From the NCBI GenBank assembly GCA_963824095.1, contig CAWGNS010000008.1:755627-819626 (forward strand): 64,000 bases of DNA. Reading direction: 5' to 3'. The notes under the pieces are model-generated. The model was not told the origin of the DNA, searched no databases, and saw only the letters and a list, made by a program, of their open reading frames with translations. The stretch is from Terriglobia bacterium. GTDB taxonomy: Bacteria > Acidobacteriota > Terriglobia > Bryobacterales > UBA6623. The translations under genes and the position numbers were made by a program. Positions 41,389 through 50,937 of this stretch are shown in pieces (positions within the stretch are counted from its first letter, which is position 1; the number at the start of each line of letters is the position of its first letter).

Positions 41389-42312
41389 ATGCGCACGCTG
41401 CACGGCTGGGCCCCGGCCAAGATCAATCTCGGTCTTCGTGTATTGGGGCGCCGTGAGGACGGCTACCACGAGCTGCGCACCGTGCTGCAGACGATCTCGC
41501 TGGCCGACCGGCTCAGCGTGGGCTACGATCCCGCGGGCGAGGCGGGCGTCGCGCTGGACTGCAGCGACCCGGAACTGTCGGGGCCCGAAAACCTGGCGGC
41601 GCGGGCGGCCCGCGACCTGCTGGCGCGCGGCGATTGGCCGGGGTCGGTGCGGATCCACCTGGAGAAGAAAATCCGGCCCGGCAGCGGCCTGGGGGGCGGA
41701 TCGAGCGACGCCGCCGCGGTGCTGCGGGCCCTGGGCCGGCTGCTCCAGCCGCGCCCGGACCCGACGCTGCTCCACGAGGTGGCGGCCGGGGTCGGCAGCG
41801 ACGTGCCGTTTTTCCTGGTCGGAGGAGCCGCCGTGGGGGTGGGGCGGGGCGAGGAAGTCTATCCGCTGCCCGATCCGCCCCGGCAGCGCTGCCTGCTGCT
41901 GCTGATTCCCGATTTCGGGGTTTCGACCGCCGAAGCCTACGCCCAATTGAGCGCCCAGCGCCGGGACGGTTTGACACCTGCCCAGCGGCGGAATATCATA
42001 AGTGTTTTCGTCTCCACTACCAGTGTGTCTGCCTGTGGCGACGCCCGGAACGCCACTGGGTTGCTCTCAAACGACTTCGAAGCGGCCGTCTTCCCCAGAT
42101 TTCCTCGTTTGTCTGAGTGGAAGGAGCGCCTTGTCAAAGCGGGGGCGCTGCCGGCTATGTTGTCGGGCAGCGGTTCGGCGTTGTTCGGCGTGTTCGCCAG
42201 CCGCCGTGAGGCCGCCCTGGCGCGGCAACTTTTTTTCGAGGAGTTTACGGGCGAGGCTTTGGTAGTGAGCGAGATGAGCCGCAAGTCGTATGGCGTGTTG
42301 TGGAGCGCCTAG
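41389..42312 (+). CDS. ispE: 4-diphosphocytidyl-2-C-methyl-D-erythritol kinase
   Basis: PAKINLGL, DGYHEL, GLGGGSSDAA, GSDVPFF, GRGE, NDFE, LSGSGS. Confidence 0.95.
   Translation: MRTLHGWAPAKINLGLRVLGRREDGYHELRTVLQTISLADRLSVGYDPAGEAGVALDCSDPELSGPENLAARAARDLLARGDWPGSVRIHLEKKIRPGSGLGGGSSDAAAVLRALGRLLQPRPDPTLLHEVAAGVGSDVPFFLVGGAAVGVGRGEEVYPLPDPPRQRCLLLLIPDFGVSTAEAYAQLSAQRRDGLTPAQRRNIISVFVSTTSVSACGDARNATGLLSNDFEAAVFPRFPRLSEWKERLVKAGALPAMLSGSGSALFGVFASRREAALARQLFFEEFTGEALVVSEMSRKSYGVLWSA
41971..41999 (+). promoter_or_regulatory. Sigma70 promoter inside ispE
   Basis: TTGACA (41971-41976), 17-bp spacer, TATCAT (41994-41999). Confidence 0.8.
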
Positions 42313-42327
42313 CCGGGCGATAAGACC

Positions 42328-43299
42328 ATGGCCGCAACTGCTCCTGTATTGGCAATGGACCGCGAACGGCTGAAAGTATTCACGGGAACGGCCCACCCGG
42401 CGCTGGCGGAGGAAATCTGCCGGCACCTTCATGTTCCCCTGGGCGATTGTCTGGTCAAGACGTTCTCCGACGGCGAGATCTACCTGCAGATCAACGAGAA
42501 CGTCCGCGGAACCGACGTGTTTGTGGTGCAGCCGACCTGCACGCCGGTCGACCGCAACCTGATGGAGCTGTTGTTGATGATGGACGCCCTGCGGCGGGCG
42601 TCGGCGAAGCGGATTACGGCGGTATTGCCCTACTACGGCTATTCGCGCCAGGACCGCAAGGATAAGCCCCGCGTGCCGATCTCGGCTAAGCTGGTGGCGA
42701 GCCTGCTGGTGACCGCGGGCGCCGACCGCGTGCTCAGCCTGGACTTGCACGCGGCGCAGATTCAAGGTTTCTTTGACATCCCGGTCGACCATCTGTTTGC
42801 GGCGCCGGTGATGGTGGAATACATTCAGGGCCTGAACCTGGACGACATCACGGTGGTGTCGCCCGACGCCGGCGGAGTGGAACGCGCGCGCGCCTTTGCC
42901 AAGCACCTGGAGGCGCCGCTGGCGATTATCGACAAGCGCCGCGTGCAGCCCAACGTCGCCGAGGTGATGCACGTGATCGGCGAGGTCGAGGATCGCGTGT
43001 GCATGATCGTCGACGATCTGGTGGACACCGCCGGCACGCTGGTGAAGGCCGCCGAGGCGTTGTTCAGCCGCGGCGCCAAAGAGGTCTACGCCTGTTGCAC
43101 GCACGCCGTACTTTCCGGCTCGGCGCTGCACCATATTGAGAACTCGGCCCTGACCGAACTGGTCGTGAGCAATTCGATCCCACTGCGTGAGGAAGCGCGC
43201 AACTGCAGGAAAATCCGGCAGCTCTGCGTGGCACCGCTGCTCGCCGAAGCGATCCGATCGATTTACGAGGAAACCTCGATCAGCCGTTTGTTTGTGTAG
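42328..43299 (+). CDS. prs: Ribose-phosphate pyrophosphokinase
   Basis: [42 protein letters not shown]. Confidence 0.97.
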   Translation: MAATAPVLAMDRERLKVFTGTAHPALAEEICRHLHVPLGDCLVKTFSDGEIYLQINENVRGTDVFVVQPTCTPVDRNLMELLLMMDALRRASAKRITAVLPYYGYSRQDRKDKPRVPISAKLVASLLVTAGADRVLSLDLHAAQIQGFFDIPVDHLFAAPVMVEYIQGLNLDDITVVSPDAGGVERARAFAKHLEAPLAIIDKRRVQPNVAEVMHVIGEVEDRVCMIVDDLVDTAGTLVKAAEALFSRGAKEVYACCTHAVLSGSALHHIENSALTELVVSNSIPLREEARNCRKIRQLCVAPLLAEAIRSIYEETSISRLFV

Positions 43300-43386
43300 A
43301 CGCCGGGATACCCGGAGATTGGCTGGGGAAGCGACCCGGCCGGCCGGCGGCGGCGAAACCGCGGCGAGCGCTCGAGGGAGGTTATT

Positions 43387-44064
43387 GTGAAGCAACAACT
43401 GGATCTTGAAGGAAGCCTGCGCAGCGAGCGCGGCAAGAATGCTTCGCGCCGGCTGCGCGTGGCCGGCCGTGTGCCGGCTGTCGTGTACGGCCTGGGCGAG
43501 GACGCCCTCGCGATCACGCTCGACCGCAAGGAGATGACCCGCATTCTGAGCTCTCCCGCCGGGCACAATCGCATCCTGAACCTGAAGCTCGCCGACGGCG
43601 GTAACACCTCCGGCATGGCGGTGGACTGGCAGGTCGATCCGCTCCGCGGCGATCTGCTGCACGTCGACGTCAAGCGCGTGGACCTGACGAAGAAGGTCAT
43701 CGTGACGGTGCCCGTGCAGACGGCGGGCGTCGCGATCGGCGTCAAGGAGCAGGGTGGCTTCGAAGAGGTGGTCACCCGCGAGCTCGAGATTGAATGTCTG
43801 CCGCTGGATGTTCCCGAGAAAATCGAAATCGACATCACCAACCTGGAGGTCGGCAAGGCGATTCGGGCCGGCGACCTGGCGGCGAACCAGGAATGGACCG
43901 TGCTCACCACGGCCAGCCGTGTGCTGGTGCACGTGGTGATGAAGAAAGCCGAGGTCGAGGCTGCGGAAGCGGCCGCGACGGCGGTCACCACGGCTGTGGT
44001 GGCCGAGGCTCCCAAGGCGGAAGAGGGCAAGCCGAAGGAGGGCAAGTCCAAGGACAAGTCCTAA
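43387..44064 (+). CDS. rplY: 50S ribosomal protein L25 (Ctc form)
   Basis: GKNASRRLR..GRVPAVVYG, HVD, GVKEQGG; GGGAGG RBS. Confidence 0.95.
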   Translation: MKQQLDLEGSLRSERGKNASRRLRVAGRVPAVVYGLGEDALAITLDRKEMTRILSSPAGHNRILNLKLADGGNTSGMAVDWQVDPLRGDLLHVDVKRVDLTKKVIVTVPVQTAGVAIGVKEQGGFEEVVTRELEIECLPLDVPEKIEIDITNLEVGKAIRAGDLAANQEWTVLTTASRVLVHVVMKKAEVEAAEAAATAVTTAVVAEAPKAEEGKPKEGKSKDKS

Positions 44065-44158
44065 CGCGGGCTGGCGAGAGGCGCTTAGCGCGGTCGCCGC
44101 CCTGCCCGCACGGATCGCCGGTTATGGCCGGAGCTTTTCTTGGGTGTGCCGTTAGCCG

Positions 44159-44782
44159 GTGGAATCCGCGGAGCGATCGACATTGCCACCGACGTTGCTG
44201 ATTGTGGGGCTGGGAAATCCGGGCGAGGAGTACCGCCATACGCCGCACAATCTGGGCTTTATGACCGTGGATCGGCTGGCCGCCGATGCGGGCATTCGGG
44301 TCAGCCGCCCCGAGGCCAACGCGCTGGTGGGACGAGGCGAAATCGGCGGGGCGGCGGTGATCCTGGCCAAGCCGCTCTCGTTCATGAATCTGAGCGGCGG
44401 GCCGCTGAAGGGCCTGCTGGAGAAGTACGAGCTCGAGCTGGACAATTTGCTGGTGATTCACGACGAGCTCGACCTGCCTTGGGGCACGCTGCGATTGCGC
44501 CAGCGCGGCTCGGCGGCCGGGCACAACGGCGTGATTTCGATCATCAGCGCGGTGAAGAGCCAGGAGTTTTTGCGGCTACGCATGGGTATACACCCTGGGC
44601 GCCGCATCGCGGATGGAGCGGCCTACGTGCTGCAGCCGTTCCGGCGAGCCCAGGAACAGGAATTGGACGCCATACTCGGGCGAGCGGCGGACATAGTCCG
44701 CTTACTAATTTCCGACGGCGCCGCTAAGGCCATGACGGTCTGCAACCGTCGCGCCGAAGGATCAGACACCGAGGGAAAATGA
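44159..44782 (+). CDS. pth: Peptidyl-tRNA hydrolase
   Basis: VGLGNPG, TPHNLGF, KPLSFMNLSG, HDELDL, GHNG. Confidence 0.96.
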   Translation: MESAERSTLPPTLLIVGLGNPGEEYRHTPHNLGFMTVDRLAADAGIRVSRPEANALVGRGEIGGAAVILAKPLSFMNLSGGPLKGLLEKYELELDNLLVIHDELDLPWGTLRLRQRGSAAGHNGVISIISAVKSQEFLRLRMGIHPGRRIADGAAYVLQPFRRAQEQELDAILGRAADIVRLLISDGAAKAMTVCNRRAEGSDTEGK

Positions 44783-45255
44783 GAATCTACGAAGTTATCT
44801 TCATCCTCAGGCCGGACCTGCCGGAAGAGGAAATCGAGCAGGTGATCGAACACGTCAAAACGACGATCACCGCTGGCGGAGGAACGATCGACAAGGTCGA
44901 TCCGTGGGGCAAGCGCCGGCTTGCCTACCGTGTTCAAAAAAACAGCGAAGGCTACTACGTGCTCGTCCAGTACAGTCTGGAAGAGGGTAGCGCGGGCATC
45001 GCCAAGGAAGTGGAACGGCGGCTGCGCGTCACCGATCCCGTCATCAAGTTTCTCACCGTGCGCATTGACGAAGACCTCAAGCGGATGGAGAAACTGAAAG
45101 CGAAGCGGGATAAGCGCGTGGCCCGCAAGCCGTCGGCGAAATCGTCGGCTTCTTCCCCCGCTCCGGGCAGGCCCGCGGCGCCCGAGCCCTCACCGGCTCC
45201 GGCCACGCCCGCAGCCCCGGCGGCTCCGGCCGCGCCGGCGGCAGCCGAGGAGTAA
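44779..45255 (+). CDS. rpsF: 30S ribosomal protein S6
   Basis: YEVIFILRPD, WGKRRLAY, GYY; Pro/Ala-rich tail. Confidence 0.96.
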   Translation: MRIYEVIFILRPDLPEEEIEQVIEHVKTTITAGGGTIDKVDPWGKRRLAYRVQKNSEGYYVLVQYSLEEGSAGIAKEVERRLRVTDPVIKFLTVRIDEDLKRMEKLKAKRDKRVARKPSAKSSASSPAPGRPAAPEPSPAPATPAAPAAPAAPAAAEE

Positions 45256-45389
45256 AGTGGGGCGCCCGGCCGCCGGACGCAGCCTCGATGGAGGCTTGCC
45301 ACGGCATGCCAGGTGCGGTTGACGACCGGTTTGGCAACGCCCGCCGGTTGGCGCACGTAGCGTGAGCAGGAAGATACAAGGGAGCATTT

Positions 45390-45749
45390 ATGGCTGACGA
45401 ACAGAGTGGGGAAAGCTCGAGGGATTCGCGCCCCGAACGGCAGAATAGCAGCGACCGGCCCGAACGGTCGGATAGGGACCGCGGTCCCCGCGGCGGCGGT
45501 GGCGGTGGCGGAGGACGCTCCGGCCGGCGCTTTTTCCGGCGCAAGAAGGTCGATTACTTCAGCGTCAATCGAATCGACAACATCGACTACAAAGACGTCG
45601 ATACGCTGCGCAACTTCGTGGGCGACCGCGGCAAAATTCTGCCGCGGCGGCACACCGGCCTCAGCGCCGAACACCAGCGCCGCCTGCGGCGGGCCATCAA
45701 GCGGGCGCGCAACATCGCCTTGCTGCCTTTTGCCGCCGACGCCGGCTAG
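45390..45749 (+). CDS. rpsR: 30S ribosomal protein S18
   Basis: IDYKD, GKILPRR.TG, QR....AIKRAR.IALLP. Confidence 0.96.
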   Translation: MADEQSGESSRDSRPERQNSSDRPERSDRDRGPRGGGGGGGGRSGRRFFRRKKVDYFSVNRIDNIDYKDVDTLRNFVGDRGKILPRRHTGLSAEHQRRLRRAIKRARNIALLPFAADAG

Positions 45750-45810
45750 CGGCAAGCGCGGCCGCGGTCGCGATAGGAAAACAACGGAAAACTGAATCGA
45801 GGGCGAGCCA

Positions 45811-46479
45811 ATGACCGAAGTGATTTTGAAACGGGAAGTTCCCAGGCTGGGCGATCGCGGAGACGTGGTGCGGGTCGCCGCCGGGTTCGCCCGCAACTAT
45901 CTGTTTCCGCAGCAGCTGGCGATTCCGGCAACGGCCGCCAGCAAGAAGAACATCAAGGACATGAAGGCCTCGGCCGAGCGCGAATCGGCGCGGCTGAAAG
46001 GCGACGCCGAAAAATTGGCAGCGCTGCTGCAAGACCTGACCATCAAGATCGTGGCCCGCGCCGGCGAGTCCAACCAGTTGTTCGGGTCGGTGACCTCGCG
46101 CGACATCGCCGCCGAGATCGAGAAGCAGGGTTACCAGATCGACCGCCACAAGATCTTTCTTGCCAAGCCGATCCGTCTGGTCGGCGACCACGAGACGACA
46201 ATCCACCTGCACCGCGACATCGACCTCAAGCTGTTGGTGAAGGTACGGGCCGAGGGGCGTGAGGACGAGGAATTCGTCGCCGGTGAGACGGCGGAAGCCG
46301 AAGCCGCGACCGAAACCGCAGAAGCGGAAGCGGCTGCCGAAGAAACGGTAGCTGAAGTTGCAGAGGCCGCCGCCGACGAAGCCGAGCCGGCCAATGCCGA
46401 GGCTGTATCGGGCAAGGCAAGTGGCGCGGCGGCCAAGAAAAGCGGCAAGCGCTCGAAGAAGGCCGAGGACGAAGAGTAA
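45811..46479 (+). CDS. rplI: 50S ribosomal protein L9
   Basis: LG..GDVVRV..GFARNYLFP, LFGSVT; acidic C-terminal extension. Confidence 0.96.
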   Translation: MTEVILKREVPRLGDRGDVVRVAAGFARNYLFPQQLAIPATAASKKNIKDMKASAERESARLKGDAEKLAALLQDLTIKIVARAGESNQLFGSVTSRDIAAEIEKQGYQIDRHKIFLAKPIRLVGDHETTIHLHRDIDLKLLVKVRAEGREDEEFVAGETAEAEAATETAEAEAAAEETVAEVAEAAADEAEPANAEAVSGKASGAAAKKSGKRSKKAEDEE

Positions 46480-47234
46480 TGGCGTTGTTCGACCTCTCGG
46501 GGCAGACGGCAATCGTCACCGGCGGGGCGCAAGGGATTGGAGAGGGAATTGTCGACCGCCTGGCTCGAGCCGGCGCTCAGGTTGGTGTTGTCGATCTCAA
46601 CTTTGAGCAGGCCGGTGTCGTGGCGGCGCGGCTCGAAAAGCAAGGCTACCGGGCGTTTCCGGCGCAGGCCGACGTCGGCGACCGCGCCTCGGTCGAAAAG
46701 ATGGTTCAACTGGCGCTCGACCGCACCGGGCGCATCGACATCCTGGTGAGCAACGCCGGTATCGCCGGGCGCGCTGCCCCGATCTGGGAGCAGAGCGACC
46801 AGGACTGGCAGCGCGTCATCGATATCAACCTGACCGGTGTGTTCTACTGTTGCCGCGCCGTGATGCCCCATATGCTGCAGCGCGGCTACGGGCGCATCGT
46901 CAACATCGCCTCGCTGGCCGGCAAAGAGGGCAACCCCAACATGACGGCCTACTCGGCCTCGAAGGCCGGGGTTATCGCCATGAGCAAGTCGATGGCGAAG
47001 GAAACGGCCCAGGTCGATATTTGCGTCAACGCCGTGACGCCGACGGTGATTCGCACACCGATCCTCGACCAGCTCACCCCCGAGCAGATCGAATACATGA
47101 CCTCGCGCATTCCCCGCGGCCGCACCGGAACCGTGGAAGAAGTCGCCGCCGTGGTACACTTCCTGGCCAGTCCCGACTGCTCGTTCGTGACCGGGCAGGT
47201 TTACGACGTCAGCGGCGGCCGCGCCACCTACTAA
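46479..47234 (+). CDS. Short-chain dehydrogenase/reductase (FabG-like)
   Basis: TGGAQGIG, NAGI, YSASK, SGGRATY; TAATG overlap with rplI. Confidence 0.92.
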   Translation: MALFDLSGQTAIVTGGAQGIGEGIVDRLARAGAQVGVVDLNFEQAGVVAARLEKQGYRAFPAQADVGDRASVEKMVQLALDRTGRIDILVSNAGIAGRAAPIWEQSDQDWQRVIDINLTGVFYCCRAVMPHMLQRGYGRIVNIASLAGKEGNPNMTAYSASKAGVIAMSKSMAKETAQVDICVNAVTPTVIRTPILDQLTPEQIEYMTSRIPRGRTGTVEEVAAVVHFLASPDCSFVTGQVYDVSGGRATY

Positions 47235-47270
47235 GCGCCCACCTTATCGCCAAACCCGGCGAAGCGAGAG

Positions 47271-47423
47271 ACAGAGCCGCTGGCGGAAGCCTGCGGCCGG
47301 AGTCCGCGCGCTGCCGGTCCGACTGGGGCATTGCCTCATCCAGCATCCGTCCGGGTTTCCCCACGCTTTCGTGCCGCTTCAGCCCGCAGGCTTCCGCCAG
47401 CGGCTCTGTTTCTGTGGGCCTGG
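47271..47423. repeat. REP-like family C, inverted doublet between convergent genes
   Basis: ACAGAGCCGCTGGCGGAAGCCTGCGG is the exact reverse complement of CCGCAGGCTTCCGCCAGCGGCTCTGT. Confidence 0.85.
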
Positions 47424-47462
47424 CCTTCGGTGGCGAATCGATTAGGCTCGGGCGGTGGTGGA

Positions 47463-48284
47463 TCAGCCGCCGTGGATGGTGATCTTGCGGGCCATCAGGT
47501 GCCAGAACTTCGACCCCAAGGCCAGCAGGGCAACCGCCCATAGCGTCTGAATCCCCAGGGCCTGCAGGGCGGCCGGTCCTTGCAGCTTGCCCAGATAGAT
47601 CCGCAGCGGCGTATAGGCGATGTGCTCGAACGGCAAATAGGCCATCACCGTTTGCAGCGACGGCGGAAACATCGTCATCGGCACCAGCAGCCCCGACAGC
47701 AATTCCTGCACGTAAAATTTCGCGCGCAACAACCCCAGGATCGATTTCAGCCGCACCGCGCAGCAGCCAACGATGAAATTCAACGCCCCGGTCAGCACGA
47801 CGCTGGCCCCCAGCGAGAGCAGAAACAGGCCGAAGGCTTGGGCGCTCGCCGGCCCCTGCACCGGGAACAACAGCGTCACGACCAGACCCGCCGGCAGCGT
47901 CAGCATGATCAGCCGGAAGGAGGCCTCGCCCAGCGCGCGGCCGACATAGATCGACTGCACGCTCACCGGCTTGAGCATCGAGTTGGCGATGTTGCCTTCG
48001 AGGATGTCGGTCGCCATGTTCTGGTCGATGTTGTTGAAATAGACCGAGCGGATCACCCAGCCGACGGCCACGTAGGTGACCATTTCCTCGAAGCCGAATC
48101 CGGCGGCGAAATGGGGGTCGGCGGTGTAGAGCGCCTTCCAGATGAAGTAGTAGACGGTGACGTTGATGAGATAGGTGACGATGCCGGTGTAATAGCGCAG
48201 CCGGAACGCCAGGATGTTGACGAAGCCCACGCGGGCGTACTGCAGCGTGTTGCGCAGCGGCAGGGCGATGGCCGGGGCGCTCAT
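47463..48284 (-). CDS. ABC-2 family transporter permease (DUF990-type)
   Basis: IWKALY, EMVTY, G.IANSMLKP, LSGLLVP..MFP, LPF..IAYTP, C-terminal IHGG; ATGA overlap with the ATPase. Confidence 0.88.
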   Translation of the reverse strand: MSAPAIALPLRNTLQYARVGFVNILAFRLRYYTGIVTYLINVTVYYFIWKALYTADPHFAAGFGFEEMVTYVAVGWVIRSVYFNNIDQNMATDILEGNIANSMLKPVSVQSIYVGRALGEASFRLIMLTLPAGLVVTLLFPVQGPASAQAFGLFLLSLGASVVLTGALNFIVGCCAVRLKSILGLLRAKFYVQELLSGLLVPMTMFPPSLQTVMAYLPFEHIAYTPLRIYLGKLQGPAALQALGIQTLWAVALLALGSKFWHLMARKITIHGG

Positions 48285-49303
48285 CGGCTCTTCTGCAGCT
48301 CCGCCAGCGCACCGCCGGTGTAGATGCGCCGCACGATCTCTTCGATCGACTCCTCCTCGATATAGATATCGCGGACGTCGACCACGGCGACGACCGGGCG
48401 GATCACCTCGCCGGCGGTATAGTCGTCGCGATCGAAAGAGGCGCGGTAGCTCAGCTCGTCGAGCTTTTCGAAGCGGATATTCGGCAGCGTGAGCGCTTCG
48501 AGCACCGCGCCTTGGTCGCTGCTTTTCAGCTCGAAGCGAATATGACCCTGGCGCCACAGCATCCGTTTGAGTTCGTGGAGCGGCCCGTCGAACAGGATCC
48601 GGCCGTGATCGACGATCATCAGGCGGCGGCAGAGTTCCTCGATGTCGGAAAGGTCGTGGGTGGTGAGCAGGACCGTGGTGTTGAAGTCGCGGTTGACTTC
48701 CTTGAGGAACAGGCGGATGTTCTCTTTCGCCAGCAGGTCGAGGCCGATGGTGGGCTCGTCAAGATAGAGCAGCGGCGGATTGTGGATCAGCGCCGCGGCC
48801 ATGTCGCAGCGCATCCGCTCGCCGAGACTGAGCTTGCGGACCGGCTGGTGCAGGTAGCGGTTCAGCTCCAGAATCTCGTCGAAGCGGGCCATGCGCGCGC
48901 GGTAGTCGGCGTCGCTGACCTCGTAGATTTCCTTGAGCAGACGGAAGGACTCGACGACGGCGATATCCCACCACAACTGCGTGCGCTGCCCGAATACGAC
49001 TCCCACCGTGCGCGTGAAGGCCATGCGCTGGCGGTAGGGCTCAAAACCGTTGGCGATGACCTTGCCGGAGGTAGGCACCAGAATCCCGGTGAGCATCTTG
49101 ACCGAGGTGGATTTGCCGGCGCCGTTGGGGCCGATGTAGCCCACCATCTCGCCCGGGTTGATCGTGAACGAAACGTCGTTGACGGCGCGTAAAGTGTTGT
49201 AATGGCGGGAGAACAGGTCCTGGACGGCGCCCCATAGCCCCTCCCGCCGCTGGAAGCTGCGGAATTCCTTGACCAGTTGGATGGCTTCGACGCGCCCGAG
49301 CAT
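48281..49303 (-). CDS. ABC transporter ATP-binding protein
   Basis: GPNGAGKST, FGQRTQLWWD, LSLGERMR, LDEPTIGLD, TTHD. Confidence 0.95.
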   Translation of the reverse strand: MLGRVEAIQLVKEFRSFQRREGLWGAVQDLFSRHYNTLRAVNDVSFTINPGEMVGYIGPNGAGKSTSVKMLTGILVPTSGKVIANGFEPYRQRMAFTRTVGVVFGQRTQLWWDIAVVESFRLLKEIYEVSDADYRARMARFDEILELNRYLHQPVRKLSLGERMRCDMAAALIHNPPLLYLDEPTIGLDLLAKENIRLFLKEVNRDFNTTVLLTTHDLSDIEELCRRLMIVDHGRILFDGPLHELKRMLWRQGHIRFELKSSDQGAVLEALTLPNIRFEKLDELSYRASFDRDDYTAGEVIRPVVAVVDVRDIYIEEESIEEIVRRIYTGGALAELQKSR

Positions 49304-49336
49304 GAACCGAACGTCATTCTAACAGTCGCAGCGAAG

Positions 49337-49523
49337 GTAGAGACAGGCGCTCCCGCCTGTCCCAGGGCGCGAAGCGCCCTTGCTCCCAGGCGCAAATCGC
49401 CCCGCCTCTCGCCCGCTGTTTCCGGTCGATCCCGTCCCCTCCCCTTCCAAGGCGGATTGTTCGATGGGAGCCGACCCACGGCTGAAGCCGTCGGCCATTC
49501 GATGGTATCGCCCCTACGGGGCT
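49337..49523. repeat. REP-like family D and family E copies
   Basis: GTAG..GACAGGCGCTCCCGCCTGTC (49337-49361); CCCACGGCTGAAGCCGT (near 49475) and CGCCCCTACGGGGCT (49509-49523). Confidence 0.6.
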
Positions 49524-49587
49524 CAGGAGCCGCCGGCCTACGCAGCCCAGTAGCCGCCGCTCCGGCAATTCCCGCAAACGTGTGCGC

Positions 49588-50754
49588 TTACTTGCCGCCT
49601 TGCGGTTGCGCCAGGGGTGCCGCCGTCTTGCCGCCAGGTTGGCTGCTGCCAGGCGCCGTGCTGCCGGGTGCGGCGCCACCGGGCTCGCCGCTGTCAGAGT
49701 CATCATCGGGTAGCGGCGCCAGGCCGTCGATCTCGTCGAACGAGATGGACGCCTCGGCGCTGAACTTGCGGTAGAGCCGGAATTCCACGTCGTTGCGGCT
49801 GAGGTAGCGGCCGTCGCGCATGAATACGCGGGCCTTGAGCGGCAGCAGGTAGTTGCCGCCGCCGACTTCAATGAAGTCGTAGTCAAGCCGCGTGCGGGCG
49901 TCTTGCAGCGGGAAGTCGGGGGGAACGTCCTGCGCTTCGGTCACGATGCGGATGACCCGCCCGGTCTCTTTGTCGATGTAGACCAAGCCTGTGTAGCCGG
50001 CAGTGATCTCCTGCTGTTTCTGGTAGGTCAGATGCCAGTGCGAGCGCGCCTTGGGGACGCGCAGCGAGAAAACCCAGACGCCGCGGCCGCGCAACAGGGC
50101 ATGGCGGGCCCAGTGGAACTCGGCGGCGGTGTCGGGCGAGAAGATCTCGGCCAGGATGCTGCCGAATTCGCCGGTGCTCGTCGCGCCGCCGATGTCATCG
50201 AGGCCCTTGTTGGTCACCTTGTTGTTGACGCTGATCAGCTCGTAGTTCTCGTGCTGGTCGACGTAGCTGACGCGCGTCTTGACCTCGTCGTACTTGAGCC
50301 AGTCCATCTCGAGACCGCTGGGGTCGACGTAGCGGCGCGTGAGCTGCAGGCAGAGATAGTCGGGCAGGTTGCGGGTGTATTCGAGCGCGCCGCGGCGGGC
50401 TTCGGCCAGAATTTGCTTTTGCTCCTCGGCGGAGGGCGGCGGCGGCTGACGGCGCTCCGGGGGGATCGCCTCGGCCGTTTCCGGGTCGGGCAAGCCCTGC
50501 GATTCGGTTTTCAGCTTCTCGAGGGCGTTGATGGTCTTGGGCCCGATGCCCATGCCCACGAAGTCTTCGATCAGCTTCTCGTCGAGCGCAAAGGTCAGTT
50601 TTTGGGTTTTCAGGAAATCCGCGATGTCGCGGTCGCGGTGGTGCTGCTCCATCGACGAACGAATCAGATCCCGAAGCTGTTTGTAGGTGAGCGGACTCTG
50701 CGCCTGCAGCAAAAGCCCCGCTACCAACAGAACCAGCAAGACCCGAACCCGCAT
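49588..50754 (-). CDS. Secreted hypothetical protein (acidobacterial family)
   Basis: Signal peptide; AL.Y...LPDYLC, STGEFGS, GLVYIDKETG, YRKFSAEASISF; TACAAT 6 nt before the ATG. Confidence 0.8.
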   Translation of the reverse strand: MRVRVLLVLLVAGLLLQAQSPLTYKQLRDLIRSSMEQHHRDRDIADFLKTQKLTFALDEKLIEDFVGMGIGPKTINALEKLKTESQGLPDPETAEAIPPERRQPPPPSAEEQKQILAEARRGALEYTRNLPDYLCLQLTRRYVDPSGLEMDWLKYDEVKTRVSYVDQHENYELISVNNKVTNKGLDDIGGATSTGEFGSILAEIFSPDTAAEFHWARHALLRGRGVWVFSLRVPKARSHWHLTYQKQQEITAGYTGLVYIDKETGRVIRIVTEAQDVPPDFPLQDARTRLDYDFIEVGGGNYLLPLKARVFMRDGRYLSRNDVEFRLYRKFSAEASISFDEIDGLAPLPDDDSDSGEPGGAAPGSTAPGSSQPGGKTAAPLAQPQGGK

Positions 50755-50937
50755 GGCCTCATTGTAGCCAACGTTTTCGGGTTGCTGTCCGGCGGCAGAG
50801 AGAGAAATACAACCTTGCCGGCGCTCTTGGGGGGCTGGATCGATCGTCGGGTTTCGCGGTTTTGCCTCGGGAAATAGACCCTCGACGGCCCGCCTTTCCG
50901 ATATAATCGGCCCGGACGCTATGGAGCGGAAATTCTC

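Noticed and set aside
45256-45389. ssb remnant or S6:S18 regulatory RNA between rpsF and rpsR
   Set aside because: Only generic GC hairpins; no Ssb-like translation or recognisable motif.
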